Shown: positions 1-8,140 of the stretch, piece by piece
Numbering within the stretch: position 1 is the first letter of the stretch
How the letters are laid out: each line of letters begins with the position of its first letter
DNA from: a virus
IMG/VR virus record: IMGVR_UViG_2124908013_000169
Direction: 5' to 3' (one strand)
DNA length: 64,000 bases
The notes under the pieces: model-generated
What the model saw: the letters and a program-made list of their open reading frames with translations, nothing else
Told to the model about the DNA's origin: nothing
Databases searched by the model: none
Translations under genes and position numbers: made by a program

Positions 1-902
1 ACTCCTGGGTCACCTTTAGGGCCAGGCGGTCCTTGAATACCTTGGGCTCCGGCAGGTCCGGGTTGTCCATTTTCACCACGAGGTCCAGCGGGTCCTGGAA
101 CACCGTCATTACCTTTAGGTCCAATCGGTCCTGGAGGCCCTTGAAGTCCGGTCGGCCCAATGGGTCCGGGTTGTCCATTTTCACCAGGAGGCCCTTGAAG
201 TCCATCGATACCACGTTCTCCTTGGATACCTTGGGGTCCTGGAGGTCCAGCAGGTCCAGTTTCTCCACGGTCACCTTTGGGTCCGGGTTGTCCTGAAACT
301 CCATCGTTTCCTTTAGGGCCAGGTAATCCTTGAGGTCCCATAGGTCCAGGTTGTCCGTCTAAACCACGTTCACCGTTTTCACCTCTTGGTCCTGGAGGTC
401 CCATAGGTCCTTCTGGTCCAGGTTCTCCTTTGTCACCTTTAGGTCCGGTAATAGCCTTGATTTGTTCTAGGTCGGCTTTTGTAACAATGTCTGATAAATC
501 TACAACCCTACCAGAACGACGTTCCACTAGAGGTGCATCAGCCATCTTATCGATTTCTGACATCTTAACGCTAAATGCAAATTTACCAACATCGGTATTT
601 TCTGACACTTCGTTTAAGTATACATGAACGTCAACGACATCGTCTTCATGAATTAATGCAGTGTCGAAGTCAAAGTAATAGCAATTACCTTCTTTTGTAG
701 TAGTGACTTCTAATTTCTGTTGCGTCTTTCTAAAGATTAATAGACAGACTACACTTGCATCACCAACTTTACTTACGAACGAAATCTCAATGCGAGCGTT
801 ATTCTTATCGTATGAATAAATCTCATTTGTAGGATAGACTTTATCGAATCGATTATATGTACTAATATTCAATGTCTTTTTAACAAGTTTTCTTTTCATC
901 AA
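1..902 (-). CDS. 5' part of the collagen-repeat fibre protein (truncated by window edge; full copy at 43923-45491)
   Basis: Identical to 44590-45491; Gly-X-Y repeats. Confidence 0.85.
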   Translation of the reverse strand, partial: MMKRKLVKKTLNISTYNRFDKVYPTNEIYSYDKNNARIEISFVSKVGDASVVCLLIFRKTQQKLEVTTTKEGNCYYFDFDTALIHEDDVVDVHVYLNEVSENTDVGKFAFSVKMSEIDKMADAPLVERRSGRVVDLSDIVTKADLEQIKAITGPKGDKGEPGPEGPMGPPGPRGENGERGLDGQPGPMGPQGLPGPKGNDGVSGQPGPKGDRGETGPAGPPGPQGIQGERGIDGLQGPPGENGQPGPIGPTGLQGPPGPIGPKGNDGVPGPAGPRGENGQPGPAGAQGIQGPPGPKGDPG

Positions 903-914
903 TAGTTCACCTCC

Positions 915-1298
915 TTACCATAATTTTGTATCACCAGGTCGACGTTCTTCATAAATGTCGTCAGGCGAACCATAGTGAATAATGTTATGTGTATCAATGG
1001 AGACGGTTATTAAATTCTCTGGGTCGAAACACTTAGGAGATAACGTAATAATGTCTTCCACTGTTAATGGGTTAATGTGATGGACAATAACTTTAGTGTT
1101 AATTGTCTGTAACGGGAATCCCAAATCACATCCCAAGTCCCTAGCGATAATATCTGCACGCACATCGAGCCATAGCTTTGATTTGTAAAATCGGTTCGAG
1201 ATAGCGCGAGGTATATCGTATTCTAATCCTTTTAGAGACAGGTATTCAACCCGTCCTTTAAATGAATCTATTTTGATTAACTCTGAGTAGCATTTCAT
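915..1298 (-). CDS. HNH endonuclease (packaging-associated)
   Basis: RDLGCD...VHHINP...ENLITVSIDTHNIIH HNH motif, next to the putative small terminase. Confidence 0.85.
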   Translation of the reverse strand: MKCYSELIKIDSFKGRVEYLSLKGLEYDIPRAISNRFYKSKLWLDVRADIIARDLGCDLGFPLQTINTKVIVHHINPLTVEDIITLSPKCFDPENLITVSIDTHNIIHYGSPDDIYEERRPGDTKLW

Positions 1299-1609
1299 TA
1301 CAGACCATCCGTTGGTTGATATGAACGAAGTGCATCGATAGCTTCTTTAGAAGAAGAACGTTCGTCTTTCTCTCTTTCGATTTGTTCTTTCTTAGCCATC
1401 TTCAACTCAGCATCAGCTTGCTTAGCGATAATGTTCCAGTTCTCATTCTTGTCAGCTTTCTTTACGAAGTAATTGACTAATGAAGGTGGAGCAGTACCAG
1501 CTTTCAATTGTTGAAGTGCAGTCTCCATTGCAATTACTTGGCACTCTCTATCCATTTGTTCAACAGTCTTAGTGCTAGCAATGGGTACAGCTTTCTTACG
1601 CTTCACCAT
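1298..1609 (-). CDS. Putative terminase small subunit
   Basis: Small helical basic protein beside the HNH gene at the start of the morphogenesis operon; positional inference. Confidence 0.45.
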   Translation of the reverse strand: MVKRKKAVPIASTKTVEQMDRECQVIAMETALQQLKAGTAPPSLVNYFVKKADKNENWNIIAKQADAELKMAKKEQIEREKDERSSSKEAIDALRSYQPTDGL

Positions 1610-1979
1610 CTGGTGTCACCTCATCAAATAGTGATACCATACGAACTGTTTCTTCTTCAGTTTCTGGCTTAGCAGGTTTAGTTTGGTTCATTTCATATAC
1701 TGACTTCTCAATCATTGTTGAAATTTCATCGGCAGTTAAAGCGATACCTAATGATTTAGCAACCGCTTCTAATTGTCGAGCAGCATCTTGTTTCTTAGCA
1801 GCAGAACCTGTGATACCAGTTTGTTCAATAGCCAATACAATTCTAGTTGCTTGGTCGGCAATAGCTACCAATGCTTTGCTCTTAGTCACTGTACCTAAGT
1901 AACGGACTACACTGATTACTACTGGTAATACTGTGAATACTACAATTGCATAATTGATGTATGTTTGGATTTGTTCCAT
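1596..1979 (-). CDS. Holin (LL-H-like)
   Basis: N-terminal TM helix followed by a V.AIEQ.G..G..KK..A...IEKSVYEMN pattern typical of LL-H-type holins. Confidence 0.7.
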   Translation of the reverse strand: MEQIQTYINYAIVVFTVLPVVISVVRYLGTVTKSKALVAIADQATRIVLAIEQTGITGSAAKKQDAARQLEAVAKSLGIALTADEISTMIEKSVYEMNQTKPAKPETEEETVRMVSLFDEVTPDGEA

Positions 1980-1980
1980 G

Positions 1981-2391
1981 TTAATTGGCTCCTTTACTAT
2001 CTTTCTGTTCGAGGTATTGTTCCATACGTCGTTTATCGTATTCGGTTAACCCGAGTTCTTTGTATTGCTCATAGATGTCAAAGAGTTCACGTTCTGTGAC
2101 ACTATCTGACTCAATAGCCGATTTAAACTCTTGACGAATCAACTCACGCTTGATAGATTTCTCAAACTTCTCTTCACGTTTTTCGATATCGTCGATACGT
2201 TTAGTCAATACTTCCAACATTGCGTCTTGTTTGTCTGTCATTTTCTTGGTAAGGTTAAGAAACCCTGTTTTAATCAAGCCGTAGATTGTAATCAGTACGG
2301 TTAAAACCCCTGGGTTAAATACCATAGAGAGTACATGTTCTAACGTCTCAAGAATTTGTGCACCTTGTGTCATACATTTGGGATACTTCAT
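1981..2391 (-). CDS. Membrane-anchored coiled-coil protein (possible lysis accessory); start uncertain, probably well downstream of 2568
   Basis: One TM segment (VLSMVFNPGVLTVLITIYGLI) plus a charged coil; the N-terminal part of the called 195-aa ORF looks non-coding. Confidence 0.55.
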   Translation of the reverse strand: MKYPKCMTQGAQILETLEHVLSMVFNPGVLTVLITIYGLIKTGFLNLTKKMTDKQDAMLEVLTKRIDDIEKREEKFEKSIKRELIRQEFKSAIESDSVTERELFDIYEQYKELGLTEYDKRRMEQYLEQKDSKGAN

Positions 2392-2399
2392 ATACACTT

Positions 2400-2848
2400 T
2401 AATATCCCTTGTCACCCCTTTCAATATCCTTTTTGTAATTCCATTTTGATTTTTAACCCCCGGAGGAATTTTTAAGAGGGTGGCGATGAAGAGCACTGTG
2501 GGCTGTGTGCAGACCCCCCCTCTATACCCTTTCCGTTTCGGGTAGGGGAAGGAATGCTTGCCCATCACAATGAATTCATTGTTTCGTTGTGTAGTTCAAT
2601 GAACCTTGATGCGCTCACGAACTCATTACTGTTCTTCATGTGTTTTGGTTTGATTGTGTTTCTTGTTGTGTTTCTTGTTGTGTTGTGTGACGAGCACAGG
2701 ACCGAGTTGGCTCGTAGCTCTGTGTCTGGTGTGTTGTGTAGTTGTCTATAATCTATAAACATTGATTACTATTCACATCCATCTACTACCGCTCAGTAGC
2801 GTAGCACAGCACAGGGCTAGAGCTGGGGTGTCAGCAAGGGCCTGTAAT
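2400..2848. other. Non-coding junction between the RNAP module and the morphogenesis operon; candidate genome terminus/packaging region
   Basis: Long gene-poor gap with G/C runs (2457-2550) and strand-skewed TTGTGTTTCTTG repeats (~2653-2690). Confidence 0.45.
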
Positions 2849-3124
2849 CTATGAATCTGAGCGGGGGTCTTCTGCTTCAGCTGGTGGGTACACTTCGATG
2901 TACGGAAATAGCTGAACCTCAAGCATCTCATCCATGGCATCAATAGCAGCCATATCAGCATCAGCTTCAGAAGAGCGAGGGTTTAGCTTTTCTACAACAA
3001 GGCGAGCTAAGTAATTGTTAGTAAAGTACTCATGCTTCTCATCGTAGTCAAGCCAAGCATCGTAGTCAGTAAATGGATTGAACGGATTGTCAATGGTTGT
3101 AATCATTCTATCAATCTTCTCCAT
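2849..3124 (-). CDS. Small acidic protein overlapping the 3' end of the RNAP gene
   Basis: 91 aa, TTIDNPFNPFTDYDAW; GGAGG RBS lies inside the RNAP 3' end. Confidence 0.75.
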   Translation of the reverse strand: MEKIDRMITTIDNPFNPFTDYDAWLDYDEKHEYFTNNYLARLVVEKLNPRSSEADADMAAIDAMDEMLEVQLFPYIEVYPPAEAEDPRSDS

Positions 3125-5624
3125 CGTCGTCCGCCTCCTTTACAGCGTAGCGTTTAAGGGTACTTACAGAGACTCCTAGCGCATCAGCAACTTCGGAGTA
3201 GGTTCGACCGCGTTCTAACAATGCTTTGGCACGGGATATAGAAGTGGCCGGTAATACTTTCCTTTCTGAAGGAGTTGCTAGCGAACGTAATCTATCTGGG
3301 TCAGAGTACCTCATGATTTGTTTCAGTTTATTGGTGGAGATGGCCCCGTTTTGGATGGCCTCCCATTCATTGTCAGTTATCTGGATGAGTTGTTTCTTAG
3401 CTTGTTTATCACCGGCCTTAACCATATAACGAGCACCGGCCAATGATTGCTGGCGTAATCTTTTCTTCTCTTCCTTGGACATATCATCAGTCTTATTGCG
3501 CCAATAGGTGGCGTTAGCAATAATCTGTGCTTGTCGTTCACGAGGGGCGTATAATAATGCGTCATTAAGTTTCTTGTCTAATGTCATAACTTCCTTGGCA
3601 TATATCTTAGCGGCCTCTGGTGAACGCTTAGGATTAGGAATGGACTCATTCAATGCAACGGCGTCTTTCTTCAATGACTTAAGCTTGTTGGCATAGTCAG
3701 CATACAACTTCTCTTTCGGATTGTTTGTATGGGATGTAAGTAAATGGGCGTCGTCAACCTTATCCATATCATTCTTAGAACGGGATATGATTGTTGATGC
3801 ACCACGATACTTCTGCTTACCTTCAACATAATCGAAGTGGCGTTGGTATTTAGAATACAATGCAGAGATACCATTATCAATGGCTGATTGTTTCCAATCC
3901 AACTTATGTTTCTCACTATCAATAACGACCATTGACTGGCGTACTGCACGAGCAATCTCCGACATAGGAGCATTGTGTAATGTCATGTCAGTAATAAGGT
4001 TGGATACAATACCCATCTCTCTTTGTTTCTGTGTACCAGATATGGTTGCTTTACCAACAGCATACTGATGTGGGTCGAAGTTAGCTAGTTCTTTTAATGC
4101 AGGCAGAGTCTTAATCTTACCATGGTTATTAGGTATAGCATAGACTGTGTCTCCATCGAAGTCGGCACCAGATAACTTACGGGCTACTGATGGATGTAAC
4201 CCAATACCATCTTTAGCATTACCCATTAACTTCTTAGCTGACTTGGCGTTGTTGTTAACGGTTACATCAGCTAGCTCAAATATACCACCATGTGGATAAC
4301 GAACCAACACAAGCTTGTCTCCGTTCTTGTAGTTAGGAGCATACACTTCATTCGGTTTGATATCAGGTATCGGTAATATAACATGAGCCTTAGTATTAGG
4401 GAAACCTGCAGCCTTTAAGTGGCGTGCTTTCTTATCCATACTGTCAGCGTACTCTTCTAAATAATACTTCTTAACGACCGGGTTTGAAATCTTTTTGATA
4501 GACTCAAACTCTGCTATCTCTTCTTTGATGGTAGCTTGGATACGGTCTTTAATAAGTGTGGTAGGCTGCTTAGATAAGAACTGTGAAGATAACATAGACT
4601 TCCATTTGTCCCAGTCACCTTCATCATTAACGATATTTAACGCACCTTTCTGACGCTTGATGGTAGCACCGAATGGGTTGTCATCATTGTCTTTAAGTTT
4701 CTTAAGAACGTCCATCTTTGGAACGTCTTTAGATTTGTTTGTGTTGAATCGAATATCCACACCTTTAGGTAGGTCGTCTGCGTAAACAGCCATACCTTTA
4801 AGATAGTGAGTACCATCAACAGCAATACGAACTTGGGCGTAATGGTTTGACCCAAGGTCTAAGTCTTTGACACCACGACGAAGTTCAATAACACCGTCTT
4901 TGTCTTCTCCACCTGTCTCTTTGTAGTTAATCATAACTTTCTTAGATGAAACAGGTTTAGGTGGTTTAATATTTTGGAATGTACGGCCTCCATCATCAGA
5001 CCACGCTTCCAACGTTCTAATCATGTGTTTGTCTTCACGAACCTTCATGATGTCAGGCTCTTTAGTTAAGACTTTCATGATAATAAAGTTATCAGGATTA
5101 CTCATATTACGAACATACACTTCATGAATATGATAACCATGGTTCTCTACAAGGTCCTTAGTAACTGCTCTAAGCTTTTCTCTTGACACTCCTGCTTGGC
5201 GTTCAACACCGGCACCAATATCAAGGTACTTGTTCTTAGCGACAGCTTCTTCAAGCGCCTTCTTAGTACCCTCAATCTGTTGTTCACGGACTTTGGGTTT
5301 GTCAGACTTAAGGTAATTACGAACGGTTGCTTCAGATATACCTAGTTCTTTGGCAATCGCTGTATTAGATAAGCCTTTAGCTTTACCCGCACTAATCTCC
5401 TTATCGTGATAGAACTTGACGTGATAGTTTGCTGTTGAAATATCACTACGTAAGTCATTGATACTACGTCCCATCATCGTAGCTATCTCTTTCTCACTGA
5501 GTCCTTTCTTCTTTAAAGAATTAACTTTGGCGAGTAGGTCCATACTTTGGAACGGCTTTTGTCCTGAACCCCATGGGTAGCGTCCAGAATGTCGCTTCGT
5601 TCCGAAATGAATTAATGTATCCAT
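3111..5624 (-). CDS. Single-chain two-barrel (YonO-like) DNA-dependent RNA polymerase with N- and C-terminal HTH domains; likely 837 aa starting MDTLIHFG
   Basis: LVRYPH followed by GADFDGD (beta-prime-type catalytic loop, 4149-4166); HYLKGM upstream; HTHs GLSEKEIATMMG, GLSNTAIAKELGISEATVR, RTYSEVADALGVSVSTL; AAGGAG RBS before the ATG at 5624. Confidence 0.85.
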   Translation of the reverse strand: MDTLIHFGTKRHSGRYPWGSGQKPFQSMDLLAKVNSLKKKGLSEKEIATMMGRSINDLRSDISTANYHVKFYHDKEISAGKAKGLSNTAIAKELGISEATVRNYLKSDKPKVREQQIEGTKKALEEAVAKNKYLDIGAGVERQAGVSREKLRAVTKDLVENHGYHIHEVYVRNMSNPDNFIIMKVLTKEPDIMKVREDKHMIRTLEAWSDDGGRTFQNIKPPKPVSSKKVMINYKETGGEDKDGVIELRRGVKDLDLGSNHYAQVRIAVDGTHYLKGMAVYADDLPKGVDIRFNTNKSKDVPKMDVLKKLKDNDDNPFGATIKRQKGALNIVNDEGDWDKWKSMLSSQFLSKQPTTLIKDRIQATIKEEIAEFESIKKISNPVVKKYYLEEYADSMDKKARHLKAAGFPNTKAHVILPIPDIKPNEVYAPNYKNGDKLVLVRYPHGGIFELADVTVNNNAKSAKKLMGNAKDGIGLHPSVARKLSGADFDGDTVYAIPNNHGKIKTLPALKELANFDPHQYAVGKATISGTQKQREMGIVSNLITDMTLHNAPMSEIARAVRQSMVVIDSEKHKLDWKQSAIDNGISALYSKYQRHFDYVEGKQKYRGASTIISRSKNDMDKVDDAHLLTSHTNNPKEKLYADYANKLKSLKKDAVALNESIPNPKRSPEAAKIYAKEVMTLDKKLNDALLYAPRERQAQIIANATYWRNKTDDMSKEEKKRLRQQSLAGARYMVKAGDKQAKKQLIQITDNEWEAIQNGAISTNKLKQIMRYSDPDRLRSLATPSERKVLPATSISRAKALLERGRTYSEVADALGVSVSTLKRYAVKEADDDGED

Positions 5625-5691
5625 AACCGACTCCTTATTTTTGCAAAAATAAGAAAAGGAGCATGTTTTTAATTTCACATCCTCCCCTTCT

Positions 5692-5717
5692 ATAGTAGGC
5701 AATGTATTTCTTACGAC
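5692..5717 (-). promoter_or_regulatory. Phage promoter-motif copy upstream of the RNAP gene
   Basis: GTCGTA-AGAAA-TACAT-TGCC-TACTAT matches the array consensus with identical spacing. Confidence 0.7.
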
Positions 5718-6268
5718 TTGTTCTCTTCGATGAGAATATGATTAAACTCAACGATGAGGTCCATCAGGTCACGAATTGCCTCTGGGTCAGGCTCATTAAT
5801 CTTACACTTATCAAATTGATAAAGGCGAGTCTGAATATAAAGCTTCTCAGGCTTCACTCTGTACTCAAGACAGAAGAAGGCTGCGTAAATATCCAACTGA
5901 ATGAAGCTGGGTTTAGTTGAACCAGTCTTCAAGTCGAAAATGTAAAGTTCTTTCTTACGTGCATCGTACTTAATTGCATCAGCTGTACCAAAGAAGTAAT
6001 CAGAGAAATATAACACTTGCTCTGACTGCATGTCAAAGTCAATTGCATCGTTAACAAATCTGTTGAATGCTTTATCAATATCTTCTACACGAATACGGTC
6101 TTTGATTAGTAGAGATGCGAGGTTGTGTAAGCGAGTACCTTCTTCTTTCTTCTTGTTGTTACGATATGTTCGGATTAGTTTGTCAGCATCGTAGTTAACC
6201 CAATGATACTGTGATGCACTAAATGGTGCGTGTAGTCCTTCAAGATTTGAGTGCTCGTTCCAAAGCAT
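5711..6268 (-). CDS. PD-(D/E)xK nuclease, Cas4/RecB-like
   Basis: GTRLH...FGTADAI...IFDLKTG...QLDIYA motifs. Confidence 0.75.
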   Translation of the reverse strand: MLWNEHSNLEGLHAPFSASQYHWVNYDADKLIRTYRNNKKKEEGTRLHNLASLLIKDRIRVEDIDKAFNRFVNDAIDFDMQSEQVLYFSDYFFGTADAIKYDARKKELYIFDLKTGSTKPSFIQLDIYAAFFCLEYRVKPEKLYIQTRLYQFDKCKINEPDPEAIRDLMDLIVEFNHILIEENKS

Positions 6269-6536
6269 CTAGTACTTCCTCCTTGTTCTCAGGCGACACG
6301 AATGACGTAAACGCCCATTGTTTGTACTTAGAAATATAATGTCCTTGGTTAGGACGCTTAGACGCTCCTGATGAACGCTTTACTTCTAAGAACGCATACT
6401 TGTCTTCAAATATAACTAACAGGTCAGGGATACCTTGAATCTGTGTAGGGTCAGTTTTCATAATCAAACAACCTGGTACACGCTTCTTAATATCACGTTT
6501 AAGCTGGCTTTGAAAATCCCGCTCTAATCGAGGCAT
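6240..6536 (-). CDS. VRR-NUC-type nuclease / putative resolvase
   Basis: E.DFQ...GIPDLL...FLEVK...Q pattern. Confidence 0.8.
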   Translation of the reverse strand: MPRLERDFQSQLKRDIKKRVPGCLIMKTDPTQIQGIPDLLVIFEDKYAFLEVKRSSGASKRPNQGHYISKYKQWAFTSFVSPENKEEVLDALERALKS

Positions 6537-7677
6537 TAGTTCTCCACTCTCTTTCGTTAAAGTTTTGTTTGTTATGTAACGCTTTTAATATGCGTCCGTC
6601 TAAGTCTGAGCGACTCACTAAATAATAATACTGCAAGTCTTTGAAAGGTGTGTTACGTCGGTCAATACGACCTTCTGCTTGTTCCATAGTTCGGTACGAA
6701 TATGACAGACTGTAGAACAACATGGTGTCTGTAGTTGTACAGTTCCATGCTTCTGCTCCTGCTCCATAGTTAACGAAATACACCCAACGGTCACCTTCTG
6801 GTAACTCATCGTGCTTACTTCCGTTGTACTCAGAATACGCGATACCTTCTTCTTCGCATGCTTTTCGCAACAGCTCCATCTCATACTCAAAATTGTAAAA
6901 CACAATTACTTTAGGGTTAGCTTTTAAAATATCAATTGCTTTCTTCACACGACTAGGGTCTGTATTAACAAGGCGTCGAATAAGAGCGCAGTACTCAGAT
7001 ATGTTTTCAATAGGTTCATCGGTTATTGGGTTCCAACGTGTGTCATTAATTTTCTTAATAACGTGACGTGGGAAGTTAACTAAAATATGTTCCTTATGAC
7101 GTACAGTCTCACGAGTATCGGGCATCTTAACGACAATACGATTGCGCCACATATATAACTGGTCCTCATTGTGAATCTTCTTGATTTGTGGGAAGTTCAC
7201 ATAAGGATTGTATTCAATATGTTTGTTAATAAATTCAGTCTTGGTCTTGTAGAAATTGTTAGCAAGAAACAAAGGCATGTAGTCCATCCACTTGTCTCCT
7301 GGTGTAGCTGTACACATTATCCATGCATTACGTCGAGCAATATAGACCATCGCTTTACCCCATGTGTTGTACCCTACAGACTTCTGCTCATCAAATATAA
7401 AGAACGCATTGTACACTGATTTGTAACGTAATATGTTATTCCATGAATCAACAACTAGTTCTTCAATACCTAATAAGCGTGCTTCGTTCTGCCAGTCACA
7501 ACTATTGCGTTTCTTAGCAGTCGTAATCACATATAACTTGCGATGAGAGAACTTCTCTTTATAGAAAAAAAGGGAGGTAAGTGTTTTACCACTACCTACC
7601 CCACCTTTCAATACTGAGCCTGAGCGCAGTTTCTTTACAGCTTCTTCCTGTTCAGGGAATAGCTTAATAAATTCCAT
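6499..7677 (-). CDS. Superfamily 2 (SNF2-like) helicase
   Basis: GVGSGKT Walker A, IFDE, TATP, QAEGRIDR motif VI; probable start MEFIKL. Confidence 0.85.
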   Translation of the reverse strand: MEFIKLFPEQEEAVKKLRSGSVLKGGVGSGKTLTSLFFYKEKFSHRKLYVITTAKKRNSCDWQNEARLLGIEELVVDSWNNILRYKSVYNAFFIFDEQKSVGYNTWGKAMVYIARRNAWIMCTATPGDKWMDYMPLFLANNFYKTKTEFINKHIEYNPYVNFPQIKKIHNEDQLYMWRNRIVVKMPDTRETVRHKEHILVNFPRHVIKKINDTRWNPITDEPIENISEYCALIRRLVNTDPSRVKKAIDILKANPKVIVFYNFEYEMELLRKACEEEGIAYSEYNGSKHDELPEGDRWVYFVNYGAGAEAWNCTTTDTMLFYSLSYSYRTMEQAEGRIDRRNTPFKDLQYYYLVSRSDLDGRILKALHNKQNFNEREWRTNASIRAGFSKPA

Positions 7678-8137
7678 ACTTAGCACCGAATTGGTCGATG
7701 TCACGTACGAAGTAACCAGTATCTAAATATGCTGATAGCTTATTGTTCATCTTAGATAACCATGGGTTAATAACTAAATCAACTTTTGCGATGTCAGCAC
7801 GTTGTAGCACACCAATTTCGTCACCTTCTAAACGTAACGCGTTTTGTTCACCGTCAGGACGTTCCACTACTTGAATAACTTTAGCGTGGTCGCCAATTGT
7901 AACTTTGATAAACGGTTTACGGTTGTCTTGTTCTGGGTCTAAATCAGGACGTTCTTTAGGGAACTTAACGTTGAAGTTATTGTCGGCTAAGAAGTTAGCA
8001 TCTTCTTCGTCTAAGAACACTACAAAGTTACGGTTACCTTCGTTGTTATAATTTGTCTTCTCACCTGCGAAGTTACGTAATCCGATTTGTGCATCTTCGA
8101 TAGTTAATTTACGTCCGTTGAATTCAATTTTTTGCAT
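7664..8137 (-). CDS. Putative single-stranded DNA-binding protein
   Basis: RNFAGE...N.EGNRNF beta-rich protein between the replicase and helicase genes; highly-expressed codon usage. Confidence 0.55.
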   Translation of the reverse strand: MQKIEFNGRKLTIEDAQIGLRNFAGEKTNYNNEGNRNFVVFLDEEDANFLADNNFNVKFPKERPDLDPEQDNRKPFIKVTIGDHAKVIQVVERPDGEQNALRLEGDEIGVLQRADIAKVDLVINPWLSKMNNKLSAYLDTGYFVRDIDQFGAKYGIY

Positions 8138-8140
8138 AGT

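Noticed and set aside
2554..2762. 65-aa ORFs on both strands
   Set aside because: Low-complexity translations of skewed repeats with no RBS
5625..5702. 26-aa N-terminal extension of the RNAP in the ORF track
   Set aside because: Overlaps the promoter and leader hairpins; the good RBS precedes the ATG at 5624
5711..6268. Cas4-like nuclease as evidence of a CRISPR-Cas system
   Set aside because: No other cas genes or true array; solo PD-(D/E)xK nucleases are common in phage replication modules
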